Assembly (NCBI GenBank): GCA_964373925.1
Contig: CAYJWS010000003.1
Location: 1-43,715, forward strand
From: an uncultured Gammaproteobacteria bacterium
GTDB lineage: Bacteria > Patescibacteriota > Patescibacteriia > Buchananbacterales > GWA2-38-13
DNA length: 43,715 bases
Direction of reading: 5' to 3'
Each line of letters starts with the position of its first letter. Position 1 is the first letter of the stretch. The position numbers and the translations under genes were made by a program. This document shows positions 7,817-17,352 of this stretch, in pieces. The notes under the pieces were generated by a model. It saw only the letters and a program-made list of their open reading frames with translations, ran no database searches and was not told where the DNA came from.

Positions 7817-9685
7817 TTATATTTTTTTATATCTTGGAGAGGTTACGAGCTCTGAATATTTTCTTAATATTCTTCGAGCGCCAACGGCAGACCAAAGCTG
7901 CACTTTTGACATCTGTGATCCGGAGAATTTTTGCTCAGTGTAAAATTTTGGCTCGCCGTCTTTATCGTAATGGAGTTCGGGAATGGCCTCCAGTCCCACA
8001 AAGGCCGAGATTATGGCTTCGCAGGTTTCGAGAATGGCTTGCTTTATCTCGGCAAGTATTTTTTTATCCCATCCTCGCGCAATTCCTATTTTTAAATGTT
8101 TTGATAGACCCAATACGGCAAAGGCTACCTGTTTTGTCCAAATAACTACGCCATGGTAGTCAAGTGTAGTGTATCCAAAATGGTTGTTTTTTGCAATAAT
8201 CGTGGGTCCGGAATGTGTGTAGAAATACTTTTCATCCATAAGCCTTTTGCAAAAACTCATAACCTCTTCAATGGCGCAGTCCCGATACGTAAAAAGATAC
8301 GATTCATCAAGGTGATTGACTTTTAATTGCTTGAAGTCGATTTTTTCGTTTTTTTCTTTAATGTCATAGAGAGCCAGCGAATAGGCGCGAGTCCCATCGG
8401 AATTTTTAAACGCATACCAGCCTTTTGTGCGCTCCCATTTTTTTATAAGCGAGTGGATGTCAGCGATGTCAAGGCCAAGTTCTTTTTGAAATAAGCTTAT
8501 CACCTTTAATGCTTCCGGATAAAAAACACAGTTAACATCAAACGGCGCGACGCTTTCGGAAATTTTCTTGTAAGCATACTCCGAGTCGCGCCAATTTCCA
8601 TGAGAATAAAACTTTCCCGTTTCCGTATCTTTTTTGAATACAATAAGAGAGTTTTCGCGCGCCTTACTAAGAATATAGTTCGCAATTGAGCGCGTTTTTT
8701 TTCTTGTTTCCGGATTTTTTAGATATTTTTTTGTCAGAAGCTTAAGGCCGATAATGTGTCGAGGCTCAATATCAATCATGTGCCTGTCAAAAATATCTTT
8801 TCCGGCAAGCTCGTGCTGATAACGGTATTCCCCCACAACGTCTTCGTGCCAGCTCTCACCCTCTCGCGTTACGTTTTTTAAGCTTGCGTAATACATGTAG
8901 TCGCGCGCATGCGGCGAGAGATCATGTACCCCAAGATCGGCAGACTCCATCCAGTCTCGCGGAAAAATCGTCCCAAAACTATCGCCCGATGTTTTTCCCC
9001 ATTCCACCAAATGCTTAATTTCCGCCTCGGTGCGCTTCCAAAAGTAATGTATCATTGAGCCCTCTTCGTTTTTTTTGTCAATTTTTTTAAAGATTTTTGT
9101 AGGCGGTCTTTTTATTACAAACATTGTAGGAATGTTTTGTTTAACGGAGCAGTCATTTGTTTCCGCAATCAAAGTAAATGGAATATCTTTGTATTTTCCC
9201 GTTATCGTATGCCCTCGGTACGGATGCTTCACCTCATCCACTTTTGTTTTTTGAGGGAAGATGAAGGTTGCTTGATAATTTTTTTGCTCGCCGTAAAATC
9301 TTTTATAGTTGATATGGTTTTTCCCTTTTATTTTTTTATGTTCAATGGAGTGGGGAACCATCTTGTCGGAATATTGGCGGCGCACCTCCAAAAAGGAAAC
9401 AAACGGCTTTTCTTGGTACGAGCGCCCAATAAGCTCTCTCATCTCGCGTATATCTTCCATGGCGGGAGAATAGAGATTAATATTTTTTGTCAAAAATACA
9501 CCAGACACTTCCACAGCGTACCCCCGTTTTTTGGAAATTATTTTTTTGATAATGATTTTATGGCGAGGAATATCAATGAGTCCGCAGTAGAGATGGTTGT
9601 TGGGCCCGATAATTCTTAACTCGTCAAGCATATCAAAATCAATATAATACCCACCCGCGATCCAAAGATCATGTGCTAAGCGCAT
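7817..9685 (-). CDS. Hypothetical protein, possibly an (alpha/alpha)6-barrel glycoside-hydrolase-like enzyme (GDE_C/GH63-like)
   Basis: Long intact ORF 4 nt from both neighbours. Motifs FPRDWMESADLG, WHEDV, NWRDSEY, HGVVIWTKQVAFAVLGL and QLWSAVG recall amylo-alpha-1,6-glucosidase/GH15/GH63-type barrels. Start set at the ATG at 9685 (622 aa), because the 658-aa track ORF would overlap the upstream gene by 104 nt. Confidence 0.45.
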   Translation of the reverse strand: MRLAHDLWIAGGYYIDFDMLDELRIIGPNNHLYCGLIDIPRHKIIIKKIISKKRGYAVEVSGVFLTKNINLYSPAMEDIREMRELIGRSYQEKPFVSFLEVRRQYSDKMVPHSIEHKKIKGKNHINYKRFYGEQKNYQATFIFPQKTKVDEVKHPYRGHTITGKYKDIPFTLIAETNDCSVKQNIPTMFVIKRPPTKIFKKIDKKNEEGSMIHYFWKRTEAEIKHLVEWGKTSGDSFGTIFPRDWMESADLGVHDLSPHARDYMYYASLKNVTREGESWHEDVVGEYRYQHELAGKDIFDRHMIDIEPRHIIGLKLLTKKYLKNPETRKKTRSIANYILSKARENSLIVFKKDTETGKFYSHGNWRDSEYAYKKISESVAPFDVNCVFYPEALKVISLFQKELGLDIADIHSLIKKWERTKGWYAFKNSDGTRAYSLALYDIKEKNEKIDFKQLKVNHLDESYLFTYRDCAIEEVMSFCKRLMDEKYFYTHSGPTIIAKNNHFGYTTLDYHGVVIWTKQVAFAVLGLSKHLKIGIARGWDKKILAEIKQAILETCEAIISAFVGLEAIPELHYDKDGEPKFYTEQKFSGSQMSKVQLWSAVGARRILRKYSELVTSPRYKKI

Positions 9686-9689
9686 ATGT

Positions 9690-10700
9690 TTACACGTTTT
9701 GTAAAAATGAAAGAGGCTTTGTGAGCGCTCGCGAAAGCGTTTTTTTATGTGAAACGAGGGCTTGCCTATTTTGTATTTTTCTTGGATCAACAAGAGCTAT
9801 TTTTTTTCCTTCAATAACGCTCCAGGAATGTGTGTCGTGCTTTGAGCGCACCCATAAGCCTATTTCTCGTAAAGAAAAATAAAGTATCATAACTGGAACA
9901 AGTTTTTTGAAGAGCGAACCATTCTGTATTTTTGCCATATATTCTTTCAAAAAGTCTTTTCTCCATTCGGGATTTTTCCATGTTTGTATCCATAAAAAAC
10001 ATGGATCAAATGCCATATTATCAACGTGGCATTGCTCCCAATCCATAAGATAAATTTTTTTATCCGTTCCCAAGATGTGGTTTGAAAGCGCTGTGTCGCC
10101 GTGTGCTAGCACGAGATGCTTTTTTAAAAGTGCTGCACTCCTTTGTATTTTTTGTATAGCGATATTATAAGTTTTTTGCGGTATCGTCTCTAGGATTTCT
10201 GATTTGAAGCCTTCGAGTAGGCTTACATAATATGGCGCAAGGCGCGTCCGCAATGTTTCGTCTATTTTTTTTACATGTAAAGCGGGGATTTTTTGCAGCT
10301 CCGCGATATTGTGCGCAAATTGTTTAATATATATTTTTTTATCCGCGCCTACCGTAAAATCAAAATACAGCCCGCACGGTTTTCCCGGTATGAATTCAAG
10401 CAATATCCATGTTGAGTTTTTAGAAATTTTTGAATGAGCGAGTTTTTGCGTGTTGAGTTTTTTATAAATCTGAATTTTTTTCAAGAAACGATTGAAATGG
10501 ATTTCGCGCGCAAGCCTGTATTTTTCGCTCCCCGCCAAAAGGCCCTTGAACATATATTTTCTGCCAGCGCGGTCTTTGCACGGAGTCGTATACCATCGCC
10601 GCCTAAGTTGGATATGTTCTTTTGGAGGTATTGAAGGCGCGAGATTGAGTTGCTTGAGCTCGTGCGTGAATATTTCCCGAATGCCCGGTATCATTTCCAT
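9690..10700 (-). CDS. Aminoglycoside-phosphotransferase-fold (APH/choline-kinase-like) kinase, possibly a sugar kinase
   Basis: Catalytic loop LAHGDTALSNHIL (H-x-D-x4-N) and metal-binding motif YLMDWEQ, as in the APH/ChoK/NahK/maltokinase fold. Overlaps the stop of the upstream GT4 gene by 10 nt. Confidence 0.65.
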   Translation of the reverse strand: MEMIPGIREIFTHELKQLNLAPSIPPKEHIQLRRRWYTTPCKDRAGRKYMFKGLLAGSEKYRLAREIHFNRFLKKIQIYKKLNTQKLAHSKISKNSTWILLEFIPGKPCGLYFDFTVGADKKIYIKQFAHNIAELQKIPALHVKKIDETLRTRLAPYYVSLLEGFKSEILETIPQKTYNIAIQKIQRSAALLKKHLVLAHGDTALSNHILGTDKKIYLMDWEQCHVDNMAFDPCFLWIQTWKNPEWRKDFLKEYMAKIQNGSLFKKLVPVMILYFSLREIGLWVRSKHDTHSWSVIEGKKIALVDPRKIQNRQALVSHKKTLSRALTKPLSFLQNV

Positions 10701-11776
10701 GATTTTCGGTTTAGTGTTTTATAATATATGTCTTCATACCCGTCCACCATGCGCTCAATGGTAAAATTGTCTTCAACGTGTTTTCGACACTTTATTCTAT
10801 CAATAGAGTCGACCTGCCTCATGGCACTCATAAGAGAGCGAATGTTGTTTTTTACGACAAATCCGACCTTTTTGTCCTTTACTATTTCTGGAACCGACCC
10901 GCGGTTATACGCTATAACAGGAGTACCGCACGCGAGCGCCTCGGCCATAACAAGCCCAAAGGGTTCATCCCATTCTATAGGATAGAGAAGCGCTTTCGCA
11001 TTTCCAAAAAAATTTGATTTTTGCGCCTTGCTAATCTCTCCCACATATCGTATTTGTTTTCCGTCAATAAAGGGTTTAATTTTTTTCTTGAAATATTTTT
11101 TTTCGCTGTAATCAATTCTTCCCGCGAGTTTAAGCTTTACCCCAAGAGCGCGCGCGGCGCGTATGGCGTTTTCAACCCCTTTTTCTCTTGAGAATCTCGC
11201 GATCCAAATAAATGTATCCGAGCCTTTTGGATTGAAGGCAAAATTTTTAATGTCAATGCCATTATACACGACGCCGACAAAATTATATTTATTTTGTTTG
11301 AGCGCGAGCTTTTTTTGCGAATGGCTTATGGCTACGAGCCTGTGTTTATGGAAGTGCTTGTATATTTGAATGCGGGTGTTGTTGGGATTTCCCGAAAAAA
11401 GCCTGTTGTGCATAGTGGCGACTATTGGCGTGGACACAAAGGGCGCAAAATAAAGGTCATATTGGTCAACGTGAGAATGGATTATGTCGAATTTATGAGA
11501 TTGTCGCAGCGCCTCCGAAACATGAAGTAGCGTCCACGATTGGTTTGTCCACGGTATTTTGTCGTCAAAAAGGGATCGGGGGTATACGGAGGAGAGCTTG
11601 GTTGAGACCGGGGAGTCTCCTGAGGCAAATAATGTGACGTCATGTCCTCGTTTTTTAAGCTCTTCCACCAGATAATAGATAATCCATTCAGTGCCGCCGT
11701 ATTTTTTGGGCGGAATTCTAAGCCAAATAGGGGCAAGCACCGCAATTTTCAATTTTTTTTTCTTTTTTATATTCAC
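10691..11776 (-). CDS. Glycosyltransferase family 4 (GT-B)
   Basis: N-terminal KIAVLAPIW...PPKKYGGTE and C-terminal E-x7-E region (EPFGLVMAEALACGTPVIA). Apparent GTG start at 11776. Confidence 0.85.
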   Translation of the reverse strand: MNIKKKKKLKIAVLAPIWLRIPPKKYGGTEWIIYYLVEELKKRGHDVTLFASGDSPVSTKLSSVYPRSLFDDKIPWTNQSWTLLHVSEALRQSHKFDIIHSHVDQYDLYFAPFVSTPIVATMHNRLFSGNPNNTRIQIYKHFHKHRLVAISHSQKKLALKQNKYNFVGVVYNGIDIKNFAFNPKGSDTFIWIARFSREKGVENAIRAARALGVKLKLAGRIDYSEKKYFKKKIKPFIDGKQIRYVGEISKAQKSNFFGNAKALLYPIEWDEPFGLVMAEALACGTPVIAYNRGSVPEIVKDKKVGFVVKNNIRSLMSAMRQVDSIDRIKCRKHVEDNFTIERMVDGYEDIYYKTLNRKSWK

Positions 11777-11836
11777 GGTTTTGTATTAAGTGAGTTTTTC
11801 TTTATGTTATTATAGCATTTTTTTTGTTCCTACTAA

Positions 11837-11874
11837 AGCGCAAAAAAACAGCGTAGCACGTATTTGCGCTGTTT
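11837..11874 (-). terminator. Candidate rho-independent terminator after the GT4 gene ending at 11891
   Basis: On the minus strand: aaacagcg-caaatacgtgcta-cgctgttt followed by a T-run (ttttttt). Confidence 0.45.
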
Positions 11875-11890
11875 CATCCAAACGGACCTC

Positions 11891-12943
11891 TTACATGCCT
11901 AAGACCTTATAGTACGCTTTTTCGTAGTTTTCCGCCATAGTTTCAAGGGAGAAATTTTTTTCAACATGCTCTCGGCACCTGCTTCGCGAGATGTGAGAGA
12001 TGGCAAGAAGTTTTTTCGCGGCATCATTGGGGTTATCTGCGAAAAATCCCGTTGCATTGTTTATTATCAGTTCGGGAAGTGCGCCTTTGGGCGTGGCTAT
12101 GACGGGAGTTCCGCACGCCATAGCCTCAATGACAAAAAGCCCAAATGGTTCGCGCCATTGAATGAGCGCAAAAAGCGCAAGGGCATTTTTTAAGAGATTA
12201 TTTTTTTCTTTGGGCCCGACTTCGCCGATAAATTTTACCCGCTTTCCGTCAATGAGCGGGCGGATTTCTTTGGTAAAATATTTTTTATCAACTACATCAA
12301 TTTTTGCCGCCATAATGAGGGGGATTTTGGCTTTTTTCGCCGCAAGTATGGCCTCTTTGGGCCCTTTCTCGGGAGACATTCTCCCTAAAAAAGCGACATA
12401 ATTTTTTGGAGAGGGATTATATGAAAATTTTTTTACATCAATTCCATTATAGACAGTCGCGATAAAATTAAGTTTTGAGTTTGGAATTCTTTGGTTATTA
12501 CTTATGCTTACATACGGAGAATTGCGAAAAGCGTTATAGACATAATTTTGATAGCCGATATTGAGGGGGCCATGAAGGGTGGTTACCATTTTGTGTCCTA
12601 TGAGATTTGAAAAAAGCAAAAGCCTCCAGCCTATGTGATTATGCACGATATCAAATTTTTCTTTCCTTAACATTTCTATTGACTCGGCGATTTTTTGGAG
12701 TTTTACTATCTCGCGTGTCTTTTCGTCTTGACCGAACACATCATTTCGTAATGGTTTTTTGGTGAGTGGTATAAGGCGCGCTCGCGTTTTTGAACCGCCT
12801 GATGCCATGAGGGTCACGCGGTGCCCGCGCTCAACCAATCCTTCGCATAAGTTGTAGACTACCAGCTCCGTGCCCCCATATTTTTTTGGAGGAGTGGTTT
12901 CTTCAATTGGAGCGATAAGCGCTATATTAAGTTTTTTTTTCAT
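11891..12943 (-). CDS. Glycosyltransferase family 4 (GT-B)
   Basis: Paralogous to the previous GT4 (LNIALIAPIEETTPPKKYGGTE; EPFGLFVIEAMACGTPVIA). Start set at the ATG at 12943 (350 aa). The longer track ORF would run 113 nt into the upstream gene. Confidence 0.85.
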   Translation of the reverse strand: MKKKLNIALIAPIEETTPPKKYGGTELVVYNLCEGLVERGHRVTLMASGGSKTRARLIPLTKKPLRNDVFGQDEKTREIVKLQKIAESIEMLRKEKFDIVHNHIGWRLLLFSNLIGHKMVTTLHGPLNIGYQNYVYNAFRNSPYVSISNNQRIPNSKLNFIATVYNGIDVKKFSYNPSPKNYVAFLGRMSPEKGPKEAILAAKKAKIPLIMAAKIDVVDKKYFTKEIRPLIDGKRVKFIGEVGPKEKNNLLKNALALFALIQWREPFGLFVIEAMACGTPVIATPKGALPELIINNATGFFADNPNDAAKKLLAISHISRSRCREHVEKNFSLETMAENYEKAYYKVLGM

Positions 12944-14216
12944 GGTTATTGTGTATAAGCGAGGAATAGAGATCGCTAAACTCTTTTGCGACCGTGGGCC
13001 AGGTAAATTTTTCTTTAACTCGTATTTTAGCGTTTGCAATAAGCTTTTCCGCCAATAGGGGATTTGTGAGAAGCATGTTTATTTTTTCCGCAAAAATATT
13101 AGAAGCTCTCGGGGGGGCCTGAAGTCCTGTTTTATTGTCTTTAATGCTGTATTGAAGGCCGCCCACGCTTGATGCTATAGTGGGGACTCCAGAGGCCATT
13201 GCCTCCAGTGGCACAATGCCAAAAGGCTCGTAGTACGAAGGAACAACGCAGATATTCGCGGAGTTGTAATAGTATTTTACCTTGTCTTGGCTTATTTGCC
13301 CGATAAACGACACTTGTTGTTCAACGCCTTTTTGAATGGCAACTTCCTTTAAGCGCTTGCATTCTTTTTTATCATTGGCGTTTCCTCTTTTGCCAACGCT
13401 TCCGCCGACAATCATAAGCCGTATGTCGTCATCCGACGTCGGATTCATTTTTAGGAGTTTGGCAAACGCGGAAATAAGAGTCCCTATGCCTTTTCTCCAT
13501 TCAAGCCTTCCGATATAGAGTATGATGATTGCGTCCTCATCGAGTTTAAGCATCTGACGGCAGATTTTTTTGTCAAGCGGCTTGAATTTTTTTGGATCAA
13601 CTCCGGCAGGGATTATTTTTATTTTTGAAGGATTGACGCTGTAAAATTTTATCAGATCTTCTTTTTCATACGGACTCTCAGCAATTATTCTTTCTGAAGA
13701 TTTAATGATTTCTTTTTCTGTAGAGATTCTATTCTTAAATTCTTCCGAGTCAGCGCTTTGAGCCTCGAAATTTTTTAAAATATTGTAGCGTATGATTCCG
13801 AGGGAATGAAATGTTTCAACTGCGGGCACTTGCAAGATATTTTTAAGCCTTGATACCACCCAGCCTCCATCCCAGTAGTGGCCGTGCAGGAGGTGGTATG
13901 TGGCGTTGTTCGCTTTTTGCCACGACAGGAGATTTCCGATAAACTCAGGAAGATGGGGCAAAAGCTTGCTTTTTGGGACGTATCTCATAGGCCCCGCGTG
14001 CAAGCGGATGACGCGCACTCTTTTGTTTACAGAGACGACGATTTTTTTTCGTTTTCTGTCCGCGCGCGTGAATATATCCACTTCCCAGCCAAGGCGGCTC
14101 AACGCGCGGCCAAGCTCATTGACATAGACGTTTTGCCCGCCGGCTTCGTGCGAGCCCATTGTGGCAAGAGGATCGCTGTGGACCGAGACCATGGCGATTT
14201 TTTTATGATTTTTCAT
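12927..14216 (-). CDS. Glycosyltransferase family 4, sucrose-phosphate-synthase/MshA-like subgroup
   Basis: N-terminal HSDPLATMGSHEAGGQNVYVNELGRAL is typical of SPS/MshA-like GT4 enzymes. C-terminal EPFGIVPLEAMASGVPTIAS. ATGA overlap with ruvC. Confidence 0.82.
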   Translation of the reverse strand: MKNHKKIAMVSVHSDPLATMGSHEAGGQNVYVNELGRALSRLGWEVDIFTRADRKRKKIVVSVNKRVRVIRLHAGPMRYVPKSKLLPHLPEFIGNLLSWQKANNATYHLLHGHYWDGGWVVSRLKNILQVPAVETFHSLGIIRYNILKNFEAQSADSEEFKNRISTEKEIIKSSERIIAESPYEKEDLIKFYSVNPSKIKIIPAGVDPKKFKPLDKKICRQMLKLDEDAIIILYIGRLEWRKGIGTLISAFAKLLKMNPTSDDDIRLMIVGGSVGKRGNANDKKECKRLKEVAIQKGVEQQVSFIGQISQDKVKYYYNSANICVVPSYYEPFGIVPLEAMASGVPTIASSVGGLQYSIKDNKTGLQAPPRASNIFAEKINMLLTNPLLAEKLIANAKIRVKEKFTWPTVAKEFSDLYSSLIHNNHEKKT

Positions 14217-14719
14217 AGTTTGTTTTGAAAATTTTTACTATGCGCGCAGCATATTGCTACTGCCAGCGCATCAGAGGCGTGATTTGGCTTCGGAATAGAA
14301 GAGAGGCGAAGAATAATTTTTACCATTTGTTGAACTTGGTTTTTGTCAGCCTTTCCGTAGCCTGTAATTGATTGTTTTATTTCAAGCGGAGTGTATTCTT
14401 GTATGGGGATTTGAAAATGGTTGCATGTAGCGATAACCGCGCCTTTTGCCTGCCCAACCTTAAGGGCGCTTGAAACGTTTTTGTAAAAAAAAAGGCTTTC
14501 AATGGCCGCGCGAGTCGGCGAATGTTTTTTTATGATATTCTCTACGTGCTTTGTAATATCGCCCAATCGTTTAGCAAAATCAGTCTTTTTTTTCGTTGTA
14601 ATGCATCCACACCCTATCATTGATAGCGATCCTTTGTTGCCTATCGCTATTATACCAAATCCTGTGTTCGAAAGCCCCGGGTCAATACCCAAGATAATTT
14701 CACGGTTAGATATTCGCAT
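14213..14719 (-). CDS. ruvC: Crossover junction endodeoxyribonuclease RuvC
   Basis: ILGIDPGLSNTGFGII N-terminus and C-terminal HASDALAVAICC. 168 aa. Confidence 0.92.
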   Translation of the reverse strand: MRISNREIILGIDPGLSNTGFGIIAIGNKGSLSMIGCGCITTKKKTDFAKRLGDITKHVENIIKKHSPTRAAIESLFFYKNVSSALKVGQAKGAVIATCNHFQIPIQEYTPLEIKQSITGYGKADKNQVQQMVKIILRLSSIPKPNHASDALAVAICCAHSKNFQNKL

Positions 14720-15419
14720 TCGTATAATAGTTATTTACTTCTTCCAGTTCCTCAATATCGGATATGAATTTTTCTATCTTTTCTTTTGTCGCTTGGTTCG
14801 ATACATCCGCGGTATTTTTGGGAATATATTCAATATCCGCGAATTCAATGTGTATTTCTTTTGTTTCAAGGATTTTTTTAAGCTTTTCAAGCGCCGCGAC
14901 GTCGCACGTTAGGGTGAATAAGCTGTCTGTTTTTTCAATGTTTTCAGCACCTTCATCTATAAGCATAAGCTCAGTGTCTTCATTAATATCCTTTATCCCT
15001 ATCATGCCCTTTTTTTCAAATTGCCACAATACGCTGTTGGGCGATCCTAGGCTTCCTCCATACAGCGAGAATAGGTGCTTGATGTTCGCGCTCGTGCGAT
15101 TGCGATTATCTGTGAGGCATTCAATAATAAAAGCCGCGCCACCCGGACCGAAGCCTTCGTATGCCACCTCTTCTATTTTTTTGTCATCGCTCTCTCCCGT
15201 GCCTCGCGCAATAGCCCTGTCAATATTGTCTTTTGGCATATTCGCCTGTTTTGCTTTTTCTATTGCCAGCTTGAGCTTGAAGTTCATTTCGGGATCTCCG
15301 CCGCCCGCGCGAGCCGCAATCGTTATGATATTCGCGTGTTTTGTAAATATCGTGCCTTTTTTCGCGTCAGTCACGGCCTTTTGCCTGTGAATTTTTGCCC
15401 ACTTGCTGTGCCCAGACAT
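14706..15419 (-). CDS. yebC: YebC/PmpR-family DNA-binding transcriptional regulator
   Basis: MSGHSKWAKIHRQKAVTDAKKG... is a near-canonical YebC N-terminus. 237 aa. Confidence 0.93.
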   Translation of the reverse strand: MSGHSKWAKIHRQKAVTDAKKGTIFTKHANIITIAARAGGGDPEMNFKLKLAIEKAKQANMPKDNIDRAIARGTGESDDKKIEEVAYEGFGPGGAAFIIECLTDNRNRTSANIKHLFSLYGGSLGSPNSVLWQFEKKGMIGIKDINEDTELMLIDEGAENIEKTDSLFTLTCDVAALEKLKKILETKEIHIEFADIEYIPKNTADVSNQATKEKIEKFISDIEELEEVNNYYTNANI

Positions 15420-15543
15420 AATTATATGTTCATAAATTTTTTTTCTTGGTAAGAATACTATAGCATAATTTTGTCAGCACATCAATCCATCAAATTTTTT
15501 TTAAGGTTGATTTAGTGCTAAAAATTTATTATAATAAACTTAA

Positions 15544-15667
15544 ATTACGAAATTCGCTCTTTATGTCATTCCCCCGAACGCTTTCGCGGGAATGACAGTA
15601 TTTCCTAGTTTTCTGGATCCTCCCGAAAGCTATCGGGAGGATGACAATCTTAGAGAGTTTCGTGGTT
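15544..15667. repeat. Composite palindromic repeat, copy A1 (GTCATTCCCCCGAACGCTTTCG-type hairpins bracketed by AATTACGAAAyT-type termini)
   Basis: Hairpin tgtcattcccccgaacgctttcgcgggaatgacag at 15564-15598 and hairpin ggatcctcccgaaagctatcgggaggatgacaa at 15615-15646. Imperfect flanking inverted repeat aattacgaaattcgctct / agagagtttcgtggtt. Confidence 0.8.
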
Positions 15668-15718
15668 CAAAGTAGTTAACAAAACAAGAGGAGTTGAATT
15701 AAGCTTGTTTTAACGCCC

Positions 15719-17344
15719 ATGAATAGCCAGAAATTTCACACAATACAAAAAATTTTAAAAAAAAATACTTTTTTGCCATATTTTATAATATTTGAAGTGG
15801 CGTTTATAGTCTTTTATTTCTTGCAAAACCAGCTGACATTTGCCGATCCCGACTCTTTCTATCACGTGAAAATGGCAATGCTCATGAAAGAACGCGGCAT
15901 CATTAGGGATTTCCCATGGCTTCAATTCACTATACTTAAAAATTATTATACCGACCATCATCTCCTCTATCATATCGCGCTTATTCCTTTTGTTTCCATC
16001 TTGCCGCCGCTTGTCGGAGTAAAGCTCGCGACGATTATTTTTTCAAGCCTGGCAATCACAGTATTTTATTGGCTACTAAGAAAGTTCGAAGTGCGCGGCG
16101 CGTGGTTTTATGCACTTGTTTTAATGGTGAGCGCTTCGTTTATCTTTCGAATTAATCTCGCGAAAGCCCAGTCGCTTGCGTTGATAGCTTTCTTGATAGG
16201 ATACTATCTCATAGAACAGAAAAAAATATACAGCCTTATAATTTTTTCTTGTATCTATGTGTGGCTGTATGGCGGGTGGCCGCTTATTTTCGTGGTTTTT
16301 GGAGTATATTTTTTTGCTGGGCTTGTATTTCAGTTCAAGTCACATAGAAAAAATTTAGCAAACAGGATTAAAGAATTTTTTTTTGGCACGCATTATTATC
16401 TTGATACGAAACGAATGTTTCAATGGGTGCGGTCGCAGCATAAAAGCCTTGCCGCGATATGTGTCGGGATTGTAGCCGGCCTTGTTATCAACCCTTATTT
16501 TCCCAAGAACTTATTTTTTTATTGGTATCAGATAGTCCATGTCGCGGTTATCAACTATAAGGGAAAAATCGGCGTTGGAGGAGAGTGGTATGGCTATAAT
16601 CCAATTGAGCTTATCTCAAGCTCAAGCCTCGCATTTATCGTGGCAATTGTGGCATGCACGTTTTTTGTTCTTGCCATTAAAAAGCAGACGATACGCTCAG
16701 TGAGCCTCATGTTTTTAACGGTGACTTTTTTTATTCTCACCATAAAATCGCGAAGAAACGTGGAGTATCTTATTCCTACCATGCTTCTCTTCTCGGGAGT
16801 TTCACTCACCATATTTGCCGATACCGTGAACATAAAAAATTTTTACAAGGAGCTCAAGAGTTTTTTCATGGAACAAAAAATACTTTTTATAGCAGCTCTT
16901 ATTCCCTTGTTTCTTATTCCCTATGTTATCGGACGCGATTATATGGTGGTGAGGGGTATTTATGGCGATGGGCAGAAATTCGACAAGTACAAGGGGGCGC
17001 TTGAGTGGCTTGAGGGAAATAGTCCGAAAAACTCCATTGTATTTCACAGTGACTGGGATGAGTTTCCAATACTTTTTTACCACAACACCCATAATTACTA
17101 CATTGTCGGCCTTGATCCAACCTTTATGTATGACTACGACCAGAATTTATACAGAAAATGGAAAGACGTTACTACGGGGCAGGAAAAGTCAAATATGTAT
17201 TCAATTATTAAAAACGATTTTCGGTCGGAGTTTGTTTTTGTATCGCTTGATAGGCATGAGAGCTTTGACAACAATCTAAAAGATAATTTTTTATTTGAGA
17301 AGGTGTTTCAGGATGGAAAATTAAAAATTTACAAGGTGCTCTAG
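15719..17344 (+). CDS. Polytopic membrane protein, GT-C-fold glycosyltransferase-like (STT3/AglB/ArnT-like)
   Basis: 541 aa with at least 11 hydrophobic segments followed by a soluble C-terminal domain. Acidic first-loop motif ADPDSFYHVKM resembles the D-x-D loop of GT-C enzymes. First gene of the operon. Confidence 0.55.
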   Translation: MNSQKFHTIQKILKKNTFLPYFIIFEVAFIVFYFLQNQLTFADPDSFYHVKMAMLMKERGIIRDFPWLQFTILKNYYTDHHLLYHIALIPFVSILPPLVGVKLATIIFSSLAITVFYWLLRKFEVRGAWFYALVLMVSASFIFRINLAKAQSLALIAFLIGYYLIEQKKIYSLIIFSCIYVWLYGGWPLIFVVFGVYFFAGLVFQFKSHRKNLANRIKEFFFGTHYYLDTKRMFQWVRSQHKSLAAICVGIVAGLVINPYFPKNLFFYWYQIVHVAVINYKGKIGVGGEWYGYNPIELISSSSLAFIVAIVACTFFVLAIKKQTIRSVSLMFLTVTFFILTIKSRRNVEYLIPTMLLFSGVSLTIFADTVNIKNFYKELKSFFMEQKILFIAALIPLFLIPYVIGRDYMVVRGIYGDGQKFDKYKGALEWLEGNSPKNSIVFHSDWDEFPILFYHNTHNYYIVGLDPTFMYDYDQNLYRKWKDVTTGQEKSNMYSIIKNDFRSEFVFVSLDRHESFDNNLKDNFLFEKVFQDGKLKIYKVL

Positions 17345-17352
17345 CCATTATT

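Noticed and set aside
7504-8145. 213-aa plus-strand ORF across the galT / hydrolase-like gene junction.
   Set aside because: It is antisense to two well-supported minus-strand genes and Arg/Phe-rich, with no start context.
14764-15390. 208-aa plus-strand ORF antisense to yebC, and 125-aa ORF at 15075-15452.
   Set aside because: yebC on the minus strand is canonical. The antisense product is Ser/Phe-rich low-complexity sequence.
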